64,000 bases of DNA from Octopus sinensis (lineage: Eukaryota): positions 63,922,001 through 63,986,000 of the forward strand of contig NC_043003.1 of NCBI RefSeq assembly GCF_006345805.1. The letters are read 5' to 3'. The first letter of the stretch is position 1. Every line of letters starts with the position of its first letter. This document shows positions 40,039 to 52,593 of the stretch, one piece after another. The notes under the pieces are model-generated. The model was not told the origin of the DNA, did not search any database, and saw nothing but the letters and a program-made list of their open reading frames with translations. Made by a program: the position numbers and the translations under genes.

Positions 40039-40493
40039 ACTGAGGTGTGACTTGTTGGACGAAAACGTTTCAAGGCGGTCTTTTGAGTAATTTGCAAGTG
40101 TTCTCGAAAACTCTTGCGCTTTATGTTGCGTTATTTATATATTTTCATTTATATATTTATCTATTCTTATTTTATCCTTATTTATTCTTATCTATTAAAT
40201 TATTTGTATTTTGGGTGTTGTTGCCCTTATTTGTTCTGTATGTTTGTAAAAGTATTTATATCATAAATGACATTCAGTGAGTTTATAGGTTACACGCAAT
40301 GAACCTTCAAAACAAATATCTTTCTGCAATGTTAGGCTGTATTAAAAAAATGTTATAAAAGCATTTTACCTAAAAATAAGATACATGGCTACACGCAAAA
40401 TTTCTGTATACATGTTAAAGGTGCTTCATTAACAAGATTATTGAAGAAATTAATATTTCGACATTAGTACACTGACTTGGCAGAATCGTTATA

Positions 40494-40818
40494 GGCGCAC
40501 TCCGTCGGTTACGACGACGAGGGTCCCAGATGATACGATCAACGGAACAGCTTGCTCGTGAAATTAACGTGCAAGTGGCTGAGCATTCCACAGACACGCG
40601 TACCCTTTACGTAGTTCTCGTGGAGATTCAGCGTTACATAGAGTGTGACAAGGCCGGCCTTTTGAAATACAGGTACAACTCATTCTTGCCAGCTGAGTGG
40701 ACTGGACCAACGTGAAATAAAGAGTCTTGCTCAAGGACATAATGCACCCCCGGGAATCGAACTCACGACCTTACGAACACGAGCCGAATGCCCTAACCAC
40801 TAAGCAACGCGCCCTCAC
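40494..40818 (-). mobile_element. Modular tRNA-SINE, head II + tail 1
   Basis: Head GTGAGGGCGCGTTGCTTAGTGGTTAGG...GAGTTCGATTCCC, tail CTCAGCCACTTGCACGTTAATTTCACGA...GTAACCGACGGAG. Confidence 0.8.
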
Positions 40819-41180
40819 TGGCAGAATCGTTAGCACATCGAGCATAATGCTTACCGGCATTTTGTGCATCTTTATGCTCTCAGTTCAAATTCCGCCGATG
40901 TCGACTTTGCCTTTCATCGTTTTGGGGGTCGATAAATTAAGTACCAGTTGAGTACTGGGGTCAAGGTAATCGACTTATCCTCTCTCCCGAACTTGCTGGC
41001 CTTGTGCCAAAATTTGAAACAAAAATTTCGATATGAAGGCAGCAGGAAGGCAGAAACGTTATCAGGCCGCAAAAGGCTAAGCGGTATTTCGTCCGTCTTT
41101 ATGTTCTGAGTTCAAATTCCGCCGAGGTCGACTTTGTATTTTATCCTTTGGACCCGTGCCAAAATGTGAAACCAAGTTGC
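40817..41180 (+). mobile_element. Two adjacent SINE-B copies (40817-41025 and 41036-41180)
   Basis: Family head and body motifs occur twice. Confidence 0.7.
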
Positions 41181-41759
41181 ATTAAAAGCAATATGTATAA
41201 GGAAAGATAGAGCGGTTTGGATCACCTCAGTATTTTGCTGGTATACTTATTTCTCCGAATAACAAAGGATGGAAAGCAACTATAATCCCTGGTGAGAACT
41301 AATATTAATTCCGTTATCTACGACCATTTAGATCCACAAAATAACTAATAGCCATAAATATGTTATGTCGAGAAGATGTTAAAAGAGATTCGTGTCGTAA
41401 TCGCTAGTCTTTGTTATCGCTGTACTTAAACATTACTCGGATAAACGATAACGATAAAAACGAAAGCTAGATTTCAATACAATACCAAAATACATTTAGT
41501 GGTTTCCAAGCAACTTTAGAATAAGAACGTATCGCTTGCTTCAAGTAAAAGAATGAGTGATGTCATTTGTAATATTTATAAAGTGTTTTCTAATTCAAAC
41601 GGCAAATATCTACCACCGATGGTGTTACGAATTAATTATCAATATTCGTTAAAGACAAACAGAAAAGCAAAACAAACTCATATATCCATGCACACAGATG
41701 TATATATTTACGTATGTGTATGTATACACACACACACACACACACACACACGCATATTC

Positions 41760-41808
<49 letters not shown>

Positions 41809-41832
41809 TATACACATATATATATGTACATC

Positions 41833-42055
41833 TGCATGGTGTGGATGCGGGTTTCTTTAAAACTAAACTCGATCGCTTCTTGTCAGGGGTTCCAGATGAA
41901 CCTACCTCTCGGCAGGAAACACAGATGCGGACAGCGGCGTCGAACTCCCTTGTTGACCAAGTGCCACGTATCAGAGGGGGTTTCACATACTAGTGTAGCA
42001 CAATCAACGGTGGTGCCCCAGCATGACCGCAGCTTTCGGGCTGAAGCACTTTTAG
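41833..42055 (+). mobile_element. CR1/L2-type LINE ORF2 C-terminus and 3' UTR
   Basis: [24 protein letters not shown]...[11 protein letters not shown] followed by a UTR with a stem-loop shared with SINE-A. Confidence 0.82.
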
Positions 42056-42079
42056 GGATTTATACATGCACATATACTT

Positions 42080-42114
<35 letters not shown>

Positions 42115-42117
42115 CAA

Positions 42118-42151
<34 letters not shown>

Positions 42152-42299
42152 TCATAAATATATACATATATATATATTATATATATATATATATATATAC
42201 AATGTGTATGTGTATGTGTGTATATATATATATAGAGAGAGAGAGAGAGAAAGAGAGAGAGACATTTGAAATAATATGTGAAATAACAACATCAGAATT

Positions 42300-42600
42300 T
42301 ACTCACCATGGACAAGAAACCTTTTTACCCGTTCTTCACAGCACATTCCTTGGTTAACGAAACAATAACTTTAACATCCGACATGTATTCTTATTTTCAT
42401 ATTTACCTTTATAAGTTCTGTATCTCTCCTTTTCCAAAATAACTTCTTATTCAATGAACTCTAACTCCCTTAACTCGTCCCTGATGATGGGATATCATTT
42501 ATTTCTCTGAAACAGCTGTAAGACCACCTTTCTCATTATAAATGTCCTAGAAATTTCCCATTGCTTTGGCCTTGTTATCTCATTTTATTTATCATATATC
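42300..42600 (+). mobile_element. Penelope-like terminal fragment with eroded hammerhead motif
   Basis: CTGATGA-T-GGGATA...-GAA-ACAGCTGT-A at 42481-42520 (8-nt palindrome). Stems I and II are eroded. Confidence 0.5.
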
Positions 42601-42612
42601 TATCTATCTATC

Positions 42613-42760
<148 letters not shown>

Positions 42761-42936
42761 TAAATATATAAATATATAAATAAATATATATATATTGTTG
42801 CTATAATGCAAAAGTGTCGTAAGTCCAAAACATTACCTTGTGGTAAAGCGTTAAAACTGTTGAATTTCTGACCACCCCAACTAATGCTTGGCCAGCAAAA
42901 GAAAGCTTTCCGTTCTGAAAAATAAAAGCAGTTCAC

Positions 42937-43120
42937 TTTTACAGTTTTGTTTGTTTCAGTCATTTGACTGCGACCATTCTGGAACACCGCCTTTAGTCGA
43001 GCAAATCGACCCCATGACTTATTCTTTGTAAGCCTAGTACTTATTCTATTGATCTCTTTTTGCCGAAAACACCAACATCGGTTGTCGAGCGATGTTGGGG
43101 TGGACAAACACAGACACATA

Positions 43121-43189
<69 letters not shown>

Positions 43190-43566
43190 ATGTAGGATAA
43201 AAATTTTTTCGAAAAAATTCTTTTCCCAAAAAGTTTTATCAATGGCCAGCATATTAAAAAATACCTTTAAAGGTTAAAATTATAAACAATTCATAAATAA
43301 GGGCAAACGAAAAAATTTCTAATGCCAAATATGCCGAAAAATTGGACATATTGTCCATTAACCATATAATTTTTTCGTTTGCCCTTATTTATGAAATATA
43401 TATATATATATATATATACGACGGGCTTCTTTCAGTTTCCGCCTACCAAATCCTCTCACAAGGCTTTGGTCGACCTGAGACTATAATAGAAGACACTTGC
43501 CCAAGGTGTCACGCAGTGGGACTGAACCCGGAACCATGTGGTTGGTAAGCAAGCCACTCCTGCGCC
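42937..43566 (-). mobile_element. SINE-A split by an insertion into its central microsatellite
   Basis: Tail and body at 42937-43125, head at 43417-43566, foreign sequence between. Confidence 0.75.
43290..43395. mobile_element. 106-bp MITE-like element with 28-bp perfect TIRs
   Basis: TTCATAAATAAGGGCAAACGAAAAAATT (43290-43317) and its exact reverse complement (43368-43395). Confidence 0.65.
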
Positions 43567-43838
43567 CGCATACACTTTATTCATTACAACTAACTTTACG
43601 CACAGGAGAGTTTTAGAAGCACAAACAACCAGCTGACCTTCTAAAAGTAGTTGTCATTACAGCAGGTTGTCTGCAAGAATGAAATACAGTCACTTCCGTG
43701 GTTTCTTCGTTTGTGGAAACACAAAGTAGTCGTGGCATAGGAGTATGTAGTCGTGGTTCTCCCATCATCCGGTTGAGTACGTCCTCGGTTGCTGTTGCTC
43801 TTTAATAAATACTGACTAGAATGTACCATATACATACA

Positions 43839-44004
43839 CGACTGTGTGGTAAGAAGCTTGCTTCCCAATCACATGGTTCCGGATTCAGTCCCACTGCGTG
43901 GCAACTTGAGCAAGTGTCTTCTACAATAGCCTCGGGCCAACCAAAGCTTTGTGAGTGAATTAGGTAGACGGAAAATGAAAGGAGCCCGTCGCATATATAT
44001 ACCA

Positions 44005-44059
<55 letters not shown>

Positions 44060-44298
44060 TATATATATATGTATGTATGTATGTATGTATATATGTGTGT
44101 GTGTGTCTATGTGTCTTTGTTTGACCACCCGGTGTTGGTGTGTTTACGTCCCCGTAGCCTAGTCATTCAGCAAAAGCGACCGATAGAATAAGTACTAGGC
44201 TTAGAAAATAAGTCCTGGAGTCGATTAATTCGACTAAAATGCTTCAAGGTGGTGCTCCAGCATGGCCGCAGTCAAATGACTCATTCAAGTAAAAGAAT
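43839..44298 (+). mobile_element. SINE-A full length
   Basis: Matches family. Confidence 0.85.
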
Positions 44299-44587
44299 AC
44301 ATGCATACACACACACATACATATGCATGCATACATATAAATATAACATAATATATATGTGTATGTACACGGATACACAAACACACACTCACACAAACAC
44401 ACATATGTATGCGCATTTATACACCTCTGCTGTTAAACATGTACACACAAAAAAAATCACTGAAAATTAATTGCCTATGTCTGAAAGTTAAAAGTCAACT
44501 CAGAAAATCCTCGAAAGATAAGGACCCTACGAAGCTGAAAGTTAATGTTGTTTCCTATGAACAATGGAGAAGAGGAATACACACGCG

Positions 44588-44631
<44 letters not shown>

Positions 44632-45337
44632 TATACATAAAACATTCTATTTAAAAAGCAAAAACAGATCAGAGATATTCAATAAATGCAGAGACTCGGA
44701 AAAGCCCGTATTACGTAACTGCGTAATTGGGAAGCATGATTTTCAACCGACTTGAACTGCGTATGTACAGAGACATTTGATATTACTTCACCTCGTATTT
44801 TCTTCGCTCTTTCTTCTTCTCAGTTTCCTTACTGTATTATCTATATGTTTTATAGTTAATTTTTCTAATAAACATCCATCTTTCACACCTCTAGCCCAAT
44901 TTATTTCCCTCACGTCAACGGAAATTACTTTCCTCTAAACACATTTAGCAATTTTGGTTTCTCCAGAGCTTAAAACAATTACATCATTTTCTTCAAGCGA
45001 CAATAATATAAAGGTATCGGAAAAATACTCTCAGCCCCTGAGCATGAAATATTTATAAAAGCCGAAGGAATTTGACAAAATATATTCTTTCAAAATACTT
45101 CCTGTATCTTTTTATACCATACGAAGATAAACAGTGCTCGAAGGCCAAAACCGCGAATCCAAACAATAAACCAACTATTATTGTTTTGTAAATACAAATA
45201 CATACTCGCACGCACGCACACTCACACACGCACACACACAATTATATATGTTTGTATGTATAAAATAGTTTTATAAGTGCGTATGTATGAATAAATGTGT
45301 CTATATCAATATATGCATTATATATGTGTGTGGTGTG

Positions 45338-45392
<55 letters not shown>

Positions 45393-45396
45393 ATAT

Positions 45397-45524
<128 letters not shown>

Positions 45525-45553
45525 CACACACACACATATATACACACATATAT

Positions 45554-45921
45554 CGTGGAACTCCGTCGGTTACGATGACGCGGGTTCCAGTTGAGCCTGA
45601 TCGTGAAATTAACGTGCAAGTGGCTGAGCACTCCACAGACACATGTACCCTTAACGTAATTCTCGGGGACATTCAGCACGACACCGAGTGTGACAAGGCT
45701 GGCCCTTTGAAATACAGGTACAACAGAAACAGGAAGAATGAGTGAGAGTAAGTTGTGGAGAAAGAGTACAGCAGAGTTCACCACCAGCCCCCTGCCGAGG
45801 CCTCGTGGAGCTTTAGACGTTTTCGCTCAATAAACACTCACAACGATCGGTCTGGGAAACGAAATGGCGATCCTACGACAGTGAGTCCGCTGCCCTAACC
45901 ACTGAGCCTTTGCGCCTCCAC
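45554..45921 (-). mobile_element. Modular tRNA-SINE, head I + tail 1
   Basis: Head GTGGAGGCGCAAAGGCTCAGTGGTTAGGGCAGCGGACTC...AAAGCTCCACGAGG, same tail as 40494. Confidence 0.8.
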
Positions 45922-45989
45922 ACCGCGCGCACGCACACACACACATATATATATACATATATACATATATATATATATTTATATATTAT

Positions 45990-46031
<42 letters not shown>

Positions 46032-46059
46032 TAACAGTAAAAATAATTACAGACATGGA

Positions 46060-46220
46060 CAAGAACATGAAACACCACAGAGACGACACAAGAACCACGG
46101 ACGGGACATCGAAGCCCTCAGTCATCAGTCAAGAACCAGATCATCTTAGCAATTTCGGCTGATTAATCTTGAGATTGCTCCGATATGGCCAGCCCGCCAG
46201 GGAAATCTAAGCCAAGCGCA
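46060..46220 (-). mobile_element. Repeat fragment, possibly a Penelope-like terminus
   Basis: Related to 1930-2110. Minus strand has CAGCCGAAA and CTGATGA but no complete hammerhead fold. Confidence 0.35.
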
Positions 46221-46249
46221 TATATATATATATATATGTATATACATAC

Positions 46250-46307
<58 letters not shown>

Positions 46308-46607
46308 ATATACATAGAGAGCGTGTATATGTGTGTGTGCGTGTGTGTGTATATGTGTGTCTGTGTGTGTGTTCGGTGGAATAAAAATTAATTACCACCG
46401 GCTTCCAAAAGATATCGGTGTATAACGAATGTTATACGGTATAAGTATGATTTATAAATTTGAATTGTAGGAGAAAACCCTAAATAATAGACAAAGGGAT
46501 CTTGTTTTGTCTTACGAGTGGTCAAACAATGCAGATTGAGGACAAGTTTACCATATACATTACATACATACATACATACATATATTCATATATGTGCATA
46601 TATATAT

Positions 46608-46647
<40 letters not shown>

Positions 46648-46648
<1 letters not shown>

Positions 46649-46797
46649 CAGGCGTGACTCTGTGGTAAGAGACTTCCCAATCTTGGTTCTGGATTCAAAG
46701 AAACTGCGTGGCACCGTAGACAAGTGTCTTCTACTATAGCCTCGGGCCGACCAGACCCTTGTGAGTGGATTTTGTAGACGGAAACTGGAAGAAACCT
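46648..46797 (+). mobile_element. SINE-A 5' half
   Basis: Head to GGAAACTGGAAGAAACC, then microsatellite. Confidence 0.8.
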
Positions 46798-46830
46798 CAC
46801 ACACACACACACACACGCACACACACACAC

Positions 46831-46863
<33 letters not shown>

Positions 46864-46864
46864 C

Positions 46865-46909
<45 letters not shown>

Positions 46910-46921
46910 TGTGTGTGTGTG

Positions 46922-46955
<34 letters not shown>

Positions 46956-47370
46956 ATATATGGGTACACGACGTCACCAACAATAAACAACATGAAATAC
47001 GTATACGTAAGCAAATGAGTTCAATACGCAAACAATGAGAGAAACAAATGGAAAACAGGATAAGTAACATAAAGAACGACCCTTCATCAGTTGTTGGCTG
47101 TCTATCTACTTCTGATTTCGAGCATTGAACAACAATATGAGTCTTCAAAGACAGTTGTTTCTATAAGTACGAAAATATAATTTGGGATTTATGGAAGGTC
47201 AAATTTGGGAACAAAGACAGGATAGTGGAAACACAAGGAAACCGAACGAAAACAAACATGGAGGGTGGTTAAACCAGAACGAGATTAAAATAGCGAACGT
47301 TGGCGAAATATTTACTTGGAACAGAGAAAAGATAGAAGAGAGAGGTAGAATACGTCCAGTCCTTAGGACA

Positions 47371-47667
47371 AGTGGAGCCACATGTCATAGTGGTTAGAGC
47401 AGCGAACTCGCGGTCGAGGGATCGCGGGTTCGAATCTCAGACCAGGCAGTGTGTCTGTGTATGAGCAAAACACCTAAGCTCCACATGGCTCCGGCAGAAG
47501 GTAATGGTGAACTTCGGCTGAGTCTTTCGCCACAACTTTCTCTCACTCTTTCCTCCTGCATGTAGCAGCTCACCAACGACGGACCGGCGTCCCGTCCAGG
47601 TGGGGAACCTATACGCCAATGAAACCGGGAAACCGACCCTTATGAGCCAGGCATGGCTCGAAAAGGA
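47371..47667 (+). mobile_element. Modular tRNA-SINE, head I + tail 2, with 13-bp TSD
   Basis: AGTCCTTAGGACA at 47358-47370 and 47668-47680, B-box GGGTTCGAATC. Confidence 0.85.
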
Positions 47668-47762
47668 AGTCCTTAGGACAGTGCTGAAGAAAAAGGAAGA
47701 TGATAACGTGAGAAAAAGAAAGAGCAACGAGAGAGATAAAAAGAGAAAGGGAGAAAGAGAGT

Positions 47763-47797
<35 letters not shown>

Positions 47798-47892
47798 CAG
47801 CCAGCAGACAGATAGAGAACGGTGAAGGAGAGAAAACAGTATAGAGTAGAGTCGCATCAACGCCACGCATCCATTTCCAAGTATATATATAT

Positions 47893-47932
<40 letters not shown>

Positions 47933-48024
47933 GGAAAGAGAGAGGACAGAGACAAACAGACAGACAGATACATACATACACACACGCACATATATGTACA
48001 TACATATACAAACACACACATATA

Positions 48025-48252
48025 TATATCGATGTGTATGTGTTCGTGTTTGTTCCTCCACACCGCTTGGCAACAGGTGCTGGCTTGTTTACATCCCTCA
48101 AACATTAGCGGTTCGGCAAAAGTGATCGATACAATGACATGCTCCAGATTTCAAAAAAATGAATACTAGGGTCGATTTTTCGACTAAACCCATTCAAAGG
48201 GGGTGGTCCAGGATGGCTGCATTCCAATGACTGAAACAAGTATAAGATAAAA
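48025..48252 (+). mobile_element. SINE-A 3' half
   Basis: Matches family body and tail. Confidence 0.75.
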
Positions 48253-48269
48253 ATATATATATATAATTG

Positions 48270-48466
48270 CTTTTTTTCTTCTTTTATTTGTTTCAGTCAT
48301 TTGACTGCGGTCATGCTGGAGCACCACTTTTAGTCGAACAAATCGACCCCAGGGCTTATTCTTCGTAAGCCTACTACTTGTTCTACCGGTCGCTTTTATG
48401 GAATCATAAACATACCAACATCAGTCGTCAAGCGATGAGGAGGCGAACAAACAGAGACACACTTAC

Positions 48467-48522
<56 letters not shown>

Positions 48523-48682
48523 CAGGCTTTTTTCAGGTTCCGTCTACCAAATCCACTCACAATGCTTTAACCGGCCCGAGGCTATAGTAGAAGACACTTT
48601 CCCAATGTGCCACGCAGTGGGACTGAACCCAGAACCATGTGGTTGGAAGCAAGCTTCTTACCACACAGCCAAATCTGCGCCT
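48270..48682 (-). mobile_element. SINE-A full length, tail-to-tail with the previous copy
   Basis: Matches family. Confidence 0.85.
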
Positions 48683-48864
48683 ATTGGCTTTTTTCACCAG
48701 TTGCATGACTAAGTAAATTTTAGTACAAAAAAAGTAAGGAAATCGATTATGGATTTAATCAGAATGTTTGAAGTTTTATGTGTGAAGCTGTTACTATGAT
48801 ATCTGTGTTTTGATATTCAATATGCAAAAATAAATTTACAATTAAATAAAATTTTGATTAACTA

Positions 48865-49431
48865 TTGAGTCGACAGAGAAATTCGTTTGTTTCTTTCAAA
48901 TGTTATTTGAATTAACACGAAAAATACTTTTATCGTATTGTTTAGGGTTTGTTTTTGTTTGTTTGTTTGTTTGTTTTTTTCCTGTAGAGCTATTCTGCCT
49001 CTACAACTTTTGTCTATCGCTTTAAAATTTGAATAAATTTAATCTCTTTTCAGACGTATGACCTTGGAATGCCAAGCAGAAAAAAAAATGCCAATTTTCG
49101 ACACCTGCTTCTCTTCGCCTTGAATCAAGTTTCCAAACCAAAGTTGAGGAAGTTCTACTGCAACTACCGTGTTCTTCTGGCGTTGTGTTTTAGATTACCC
49201 GCCTTTTCGGTCGCTCTCCAATGGTTTGTGAGGTAATTTGTTCAACATGGCGTGGATCTGAAAACGTTGCTCGTTGAATTCTTCGAGTCAAAGACCTTGT
49301 GATTCCTACCATCAAAGCATTGGCAAGCTAATGGAACGTTCACAAAAAATTGTGAACAATGAAGGAGAGAATATATTATTGACTTATTTGTTAAACTAAA
49401 TGAAAAAAAATGATTTTATCTTACAACCCAA
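48865..49431 (+). mobile_element. Mariner, internally deleted and degenerate (second subfamily)
   Basis: N-terminus ECQAEK.NANFRHLLLFALNQ fused to a C-terminus DYPPFRSLSNG..DLKTLLVEFFESK..KLMER..KIVNNEG. Eroded TIRs TTGAGTCGACAGAG / CTTACAACCCAA. Confidence 0.75.
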
Positions 49432-49879
49432 TACTATCATTTATATAAGGTATCATGTGCATAATGTTAAACTTTACAAATAAAGTTTTATAAAATAAGA
49501 TTTAAAGTATAACGGGAGAAATCATAGCAAGAAACATAAATATTGTACAAAATATCGAATTTAACAGTTAAAGAAGAGAGCGCTAAAAGCGGAACTTAAT
49601 AAGGCAGAGAGAAAAATAACGAACCTGGCTGAGTTTAGATGTTGGAAGTACACTATCGTAATTAATGAAATTAAAAATAGTTAACTATATTGATGATTGA
49701 TAAATTAATCGATTTATTTTGCTCTTAGTGGTTACATTGCTCGTAGGAAACTATCGATAGATATTTATCGAGATTGATAATAATGTTACTTGAAGTTAGT
49801 AAAAATATCGTAAAAATTTTGTGCAAAAGCTACAAGAAGATAGTGTTAGAGTTCGTTCAGAATAGAGTAGCTTAGAAGA

Positions 49880-50490
49880 GAAAATTCAGGATTAATTTGA
49901 GTGCTATTAAGATTACAGAATCATAACTACATGGTGTGTTTTTTTTTTGTTAGTTTTATTCAATATTAATTGGCTTAATTGTGACTTTCTTCTTAAGTAT
50001 ATGATCAATTAGCAACACTAAATTTCCTCCGCCATCTTCTTAGATGTCACCTTGAACCTAGATAATTTTTCCTTTTAATATTTCCTTGATCTAAAACCAA
50101 ATGAGAAACTAGATACACGTTCTAAGATCCTAAGAACGCTATCAATTACTTAGTCAAGAACGTTTCTATGAGGTTATGCAACCTGTCTAGAAATTTGCAA
50201 ATGTTAATGATTCATCTAATTACTATAAATGATAACCTCTTCCGCAATGGACAGCAAAGATTAAATCAAATATATAGAAAATAGGAAACGAGCTACAAAA
50301 TCCACAGCGAAAGTATAATCTAGTCTAATCCGTCGTTCAAGTTAGTAGAGACACTGACTGCAAAAATTGTTGTTATTCAATATATTAAAAAAGCATTCCT
50401 CCACAACGTAGATATTAGATATGAAAAACGCATCAAAATTTAATACGTTACCACCTTTAGTCTTGCACAAAATTTAGTGAAACCTAACCA
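49880..50490 (+). pseudogene. Penelope-like reverse transcriptase remnant
   Basis: FLDVTLNLDN..KPNEK..RLCNLSRN..RNG and PP(F)S motifs in the expected order. Many stops and frameshifts. Confidence 0.55.
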
Positions 50491-50615
50491 ATTTAAAAGT
50501 AACACAGCTATTTCCACTTCGTTAATCGCTATAATTATCCCTATGATTGTAACTGTCAAATTCATGACATTGTATATCAATGTAGATGCTAACAACTTGT
50601 GTATGATTTAAAGTT

Positions 50616-50781
50616 GGATATTTCGACCATACTTCCTTTTGCAATGGATATTTCGTCCATACTTCCTTTCGCAATCGGTATTTCGACCTTACTTCCTTTC
50701 GCAATGGATATTTCGTCCATACTTGCTTTCGCAATGGATATTTCGACCATACTTCCTTTTGCAATGGATATATCGACCATA
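50616..50781. repeat. 30-bp minisatellite x 5.5 (GGATATTTCGACCATACTTCCTTTTGCAAT)
   Basis: Units at 50616, 50646, 50676, 50706, 50736 and a partial at 50766. Units 1 and 5 are identical. Confidence 0.95.
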
Positions 50782-51069
50782 TTTAAATTCTTACTTAAAT
50801 AAGTATTTCTTGCCTTCGTGGTTATATACCTTATTTTGAATAATGCAGTCACTATTGTTACAGAGTCTATGATCATTGAGTAAATCAACAAACAGAATAC
50901 GGCATATTCGTCGAAAACACATTGATCGAAAGTACATTGGCTGAAAGACAAACTGATCGGAAACAAAAAAATTTACAGACAAGCAAATACGGATATGGTT
51001 CTCTGTATTAAATTAAAGTGTCATTAGATGTTTTTGTCCGTTAAAAACTACCAGTCAGACAGGCAACTC

Positions 51070-51570
51070 TTATACTGGCTCCAGATTTTGGCACAAGGCC
51101 AGCAATCTTGGGGTGTGCGCTAATCGATTACATTGATTCCAGAACTCAGCTGCTACTTTATCGATTCGGAAAGAATAAAAGGTAAAGTCGATCTCGGCGG
51201 AACTTGAACTCAGAACGTCAACAGGCTGTGATACTGCTTGCCAGCCAAATGTTTTGTTTCTTGTTTTTGTTCTTCTTATTTTTGTCTTTTGTTTTTTGTT
51301 AGGGACAGATGATAGTCCGACTGGGCCAAATCAAGTCACAGGAATGCACAGTAGCCAGCGAAACCAAGGACCCTGTATGCTGGAACATTGTCCTAACGAA
51401 ACAATACCCATTTCGTCAGTTTTCTTGTAGGAGCTACATGGACCCCAGGACGCGAAAAGACAAAAGGTAAAGTTGATCTCGGCGGAATTTGAACGTGGAA
51501 CGTGAAAACTGACGAAATGCCGCTAAGCATTTTCCCGGCGTAATTAACGATTCTTCAGCTTGCTACCTTA
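51070..51570 (-). mobile_element. Two SINE-B fragments (51070-51225 and 51445-51570)
   Basis: AAAGGTAAAGT(C/T)GATCTCGGCGGAA(C/T)TTGAAC occurs twice. Confidence 0.65.
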
Positions 51571-51637
51571 ATTACGAGTAAGATTAAATTACGATTATTG
51601 TTAGCAAAATTAACAACTCGCAAACACGCTTAGGATA

Positions 51638-51899
51638 TTCTTTTATTCTTTTACTCTTTCACTTGTTTCAGTCATTTAACTGCGGCCATGCTGGAGCACC
51701 GCCTTTAGTTGAACAAATCGACCCTAGAGCTTATTCTTTGTAAGCCTAGTATTTATTCTATCAGTCTCTTTTTGCCGAACCGCTAAGTTACGGGGACGTA
51801 AACACACCAACATCGGTTGTCAAGCGAATTTGGGGGACAAACACAAACACACAGACACACAGACACACACACATACACACACACACACACACAACACAC

Positions 51900-51939
<40 letters not shown>

Positions 51940-52101
51940 GACGGGTTTCTTTCAGTTTCCGTCTACCAAATCCACTCACAAGGCTTCAGTCGGCCCGGGG
52001 CTATAGTAGAAGACACTTGCCCAAGGTGTCGCGCAGTGGGGCTGAATTCGGAAACATGTGGTTGGTAAGCAAGCTACTTACCACACAGCCATTCCTGCGC
52101 T
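51638..52101 (-). mobile_element. SINE-A full length
   Basis: Close to consensus. Confidence 0.9.
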
Positions 52102-52546
52102 TGTAGTTATATGTTGAGCATAATTTTATCTTAAGTGACTTCCATAATAAAGATATATATACATATATATACGTGCGCGCGTGCGTGTCTGTGTGTATGT
52201 GTGTCTGTGTGGGTGTCTGTATGTGTGCGTGCGTCTGATTGTGTGTGTGTGTGTGTCTTTATGTGTGTGTGTGTGTCTGTATGTGAGTGTGTGTGTGTGT
52301 GTCTGTGTGTGTGTAGTTGGATACATAGATAGATGCATAGACAGTTATATAGATATGCATGTATGTATACAGAGATAGATATACTCATTCATGCATACAT
52401 ATATATGCATGCATGAACAAATACACACACAACACACACACAACACACACACACGCGCACACACACGCACACATACGCACTCACACACATGTATATGTAT
52501 ATATTCCATCGTATAGACATGCACGCACATATGTTCATAAACCTGC

Positions 52547-52593
<47 letters not shown>

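Noticed and set aside
46960-47165. CUGAUGA and GAAA motifs on the minus strand (also at 56640-56720)
   Set aside because: I could not build a hammerhead with all three stems in any permutation.
49054-49232. Apparent exon (TTTTCAG...AG/GTAATT) with an open frame
   Set aside because: It translates as mariner transposase N- and C-terminal pieces inside a TIR element.
50616-50781. CRISPR-like 30-bp repeats
   Set aside because: Units abut with no spacers, the context is eukaryotic and there are no cas genes.
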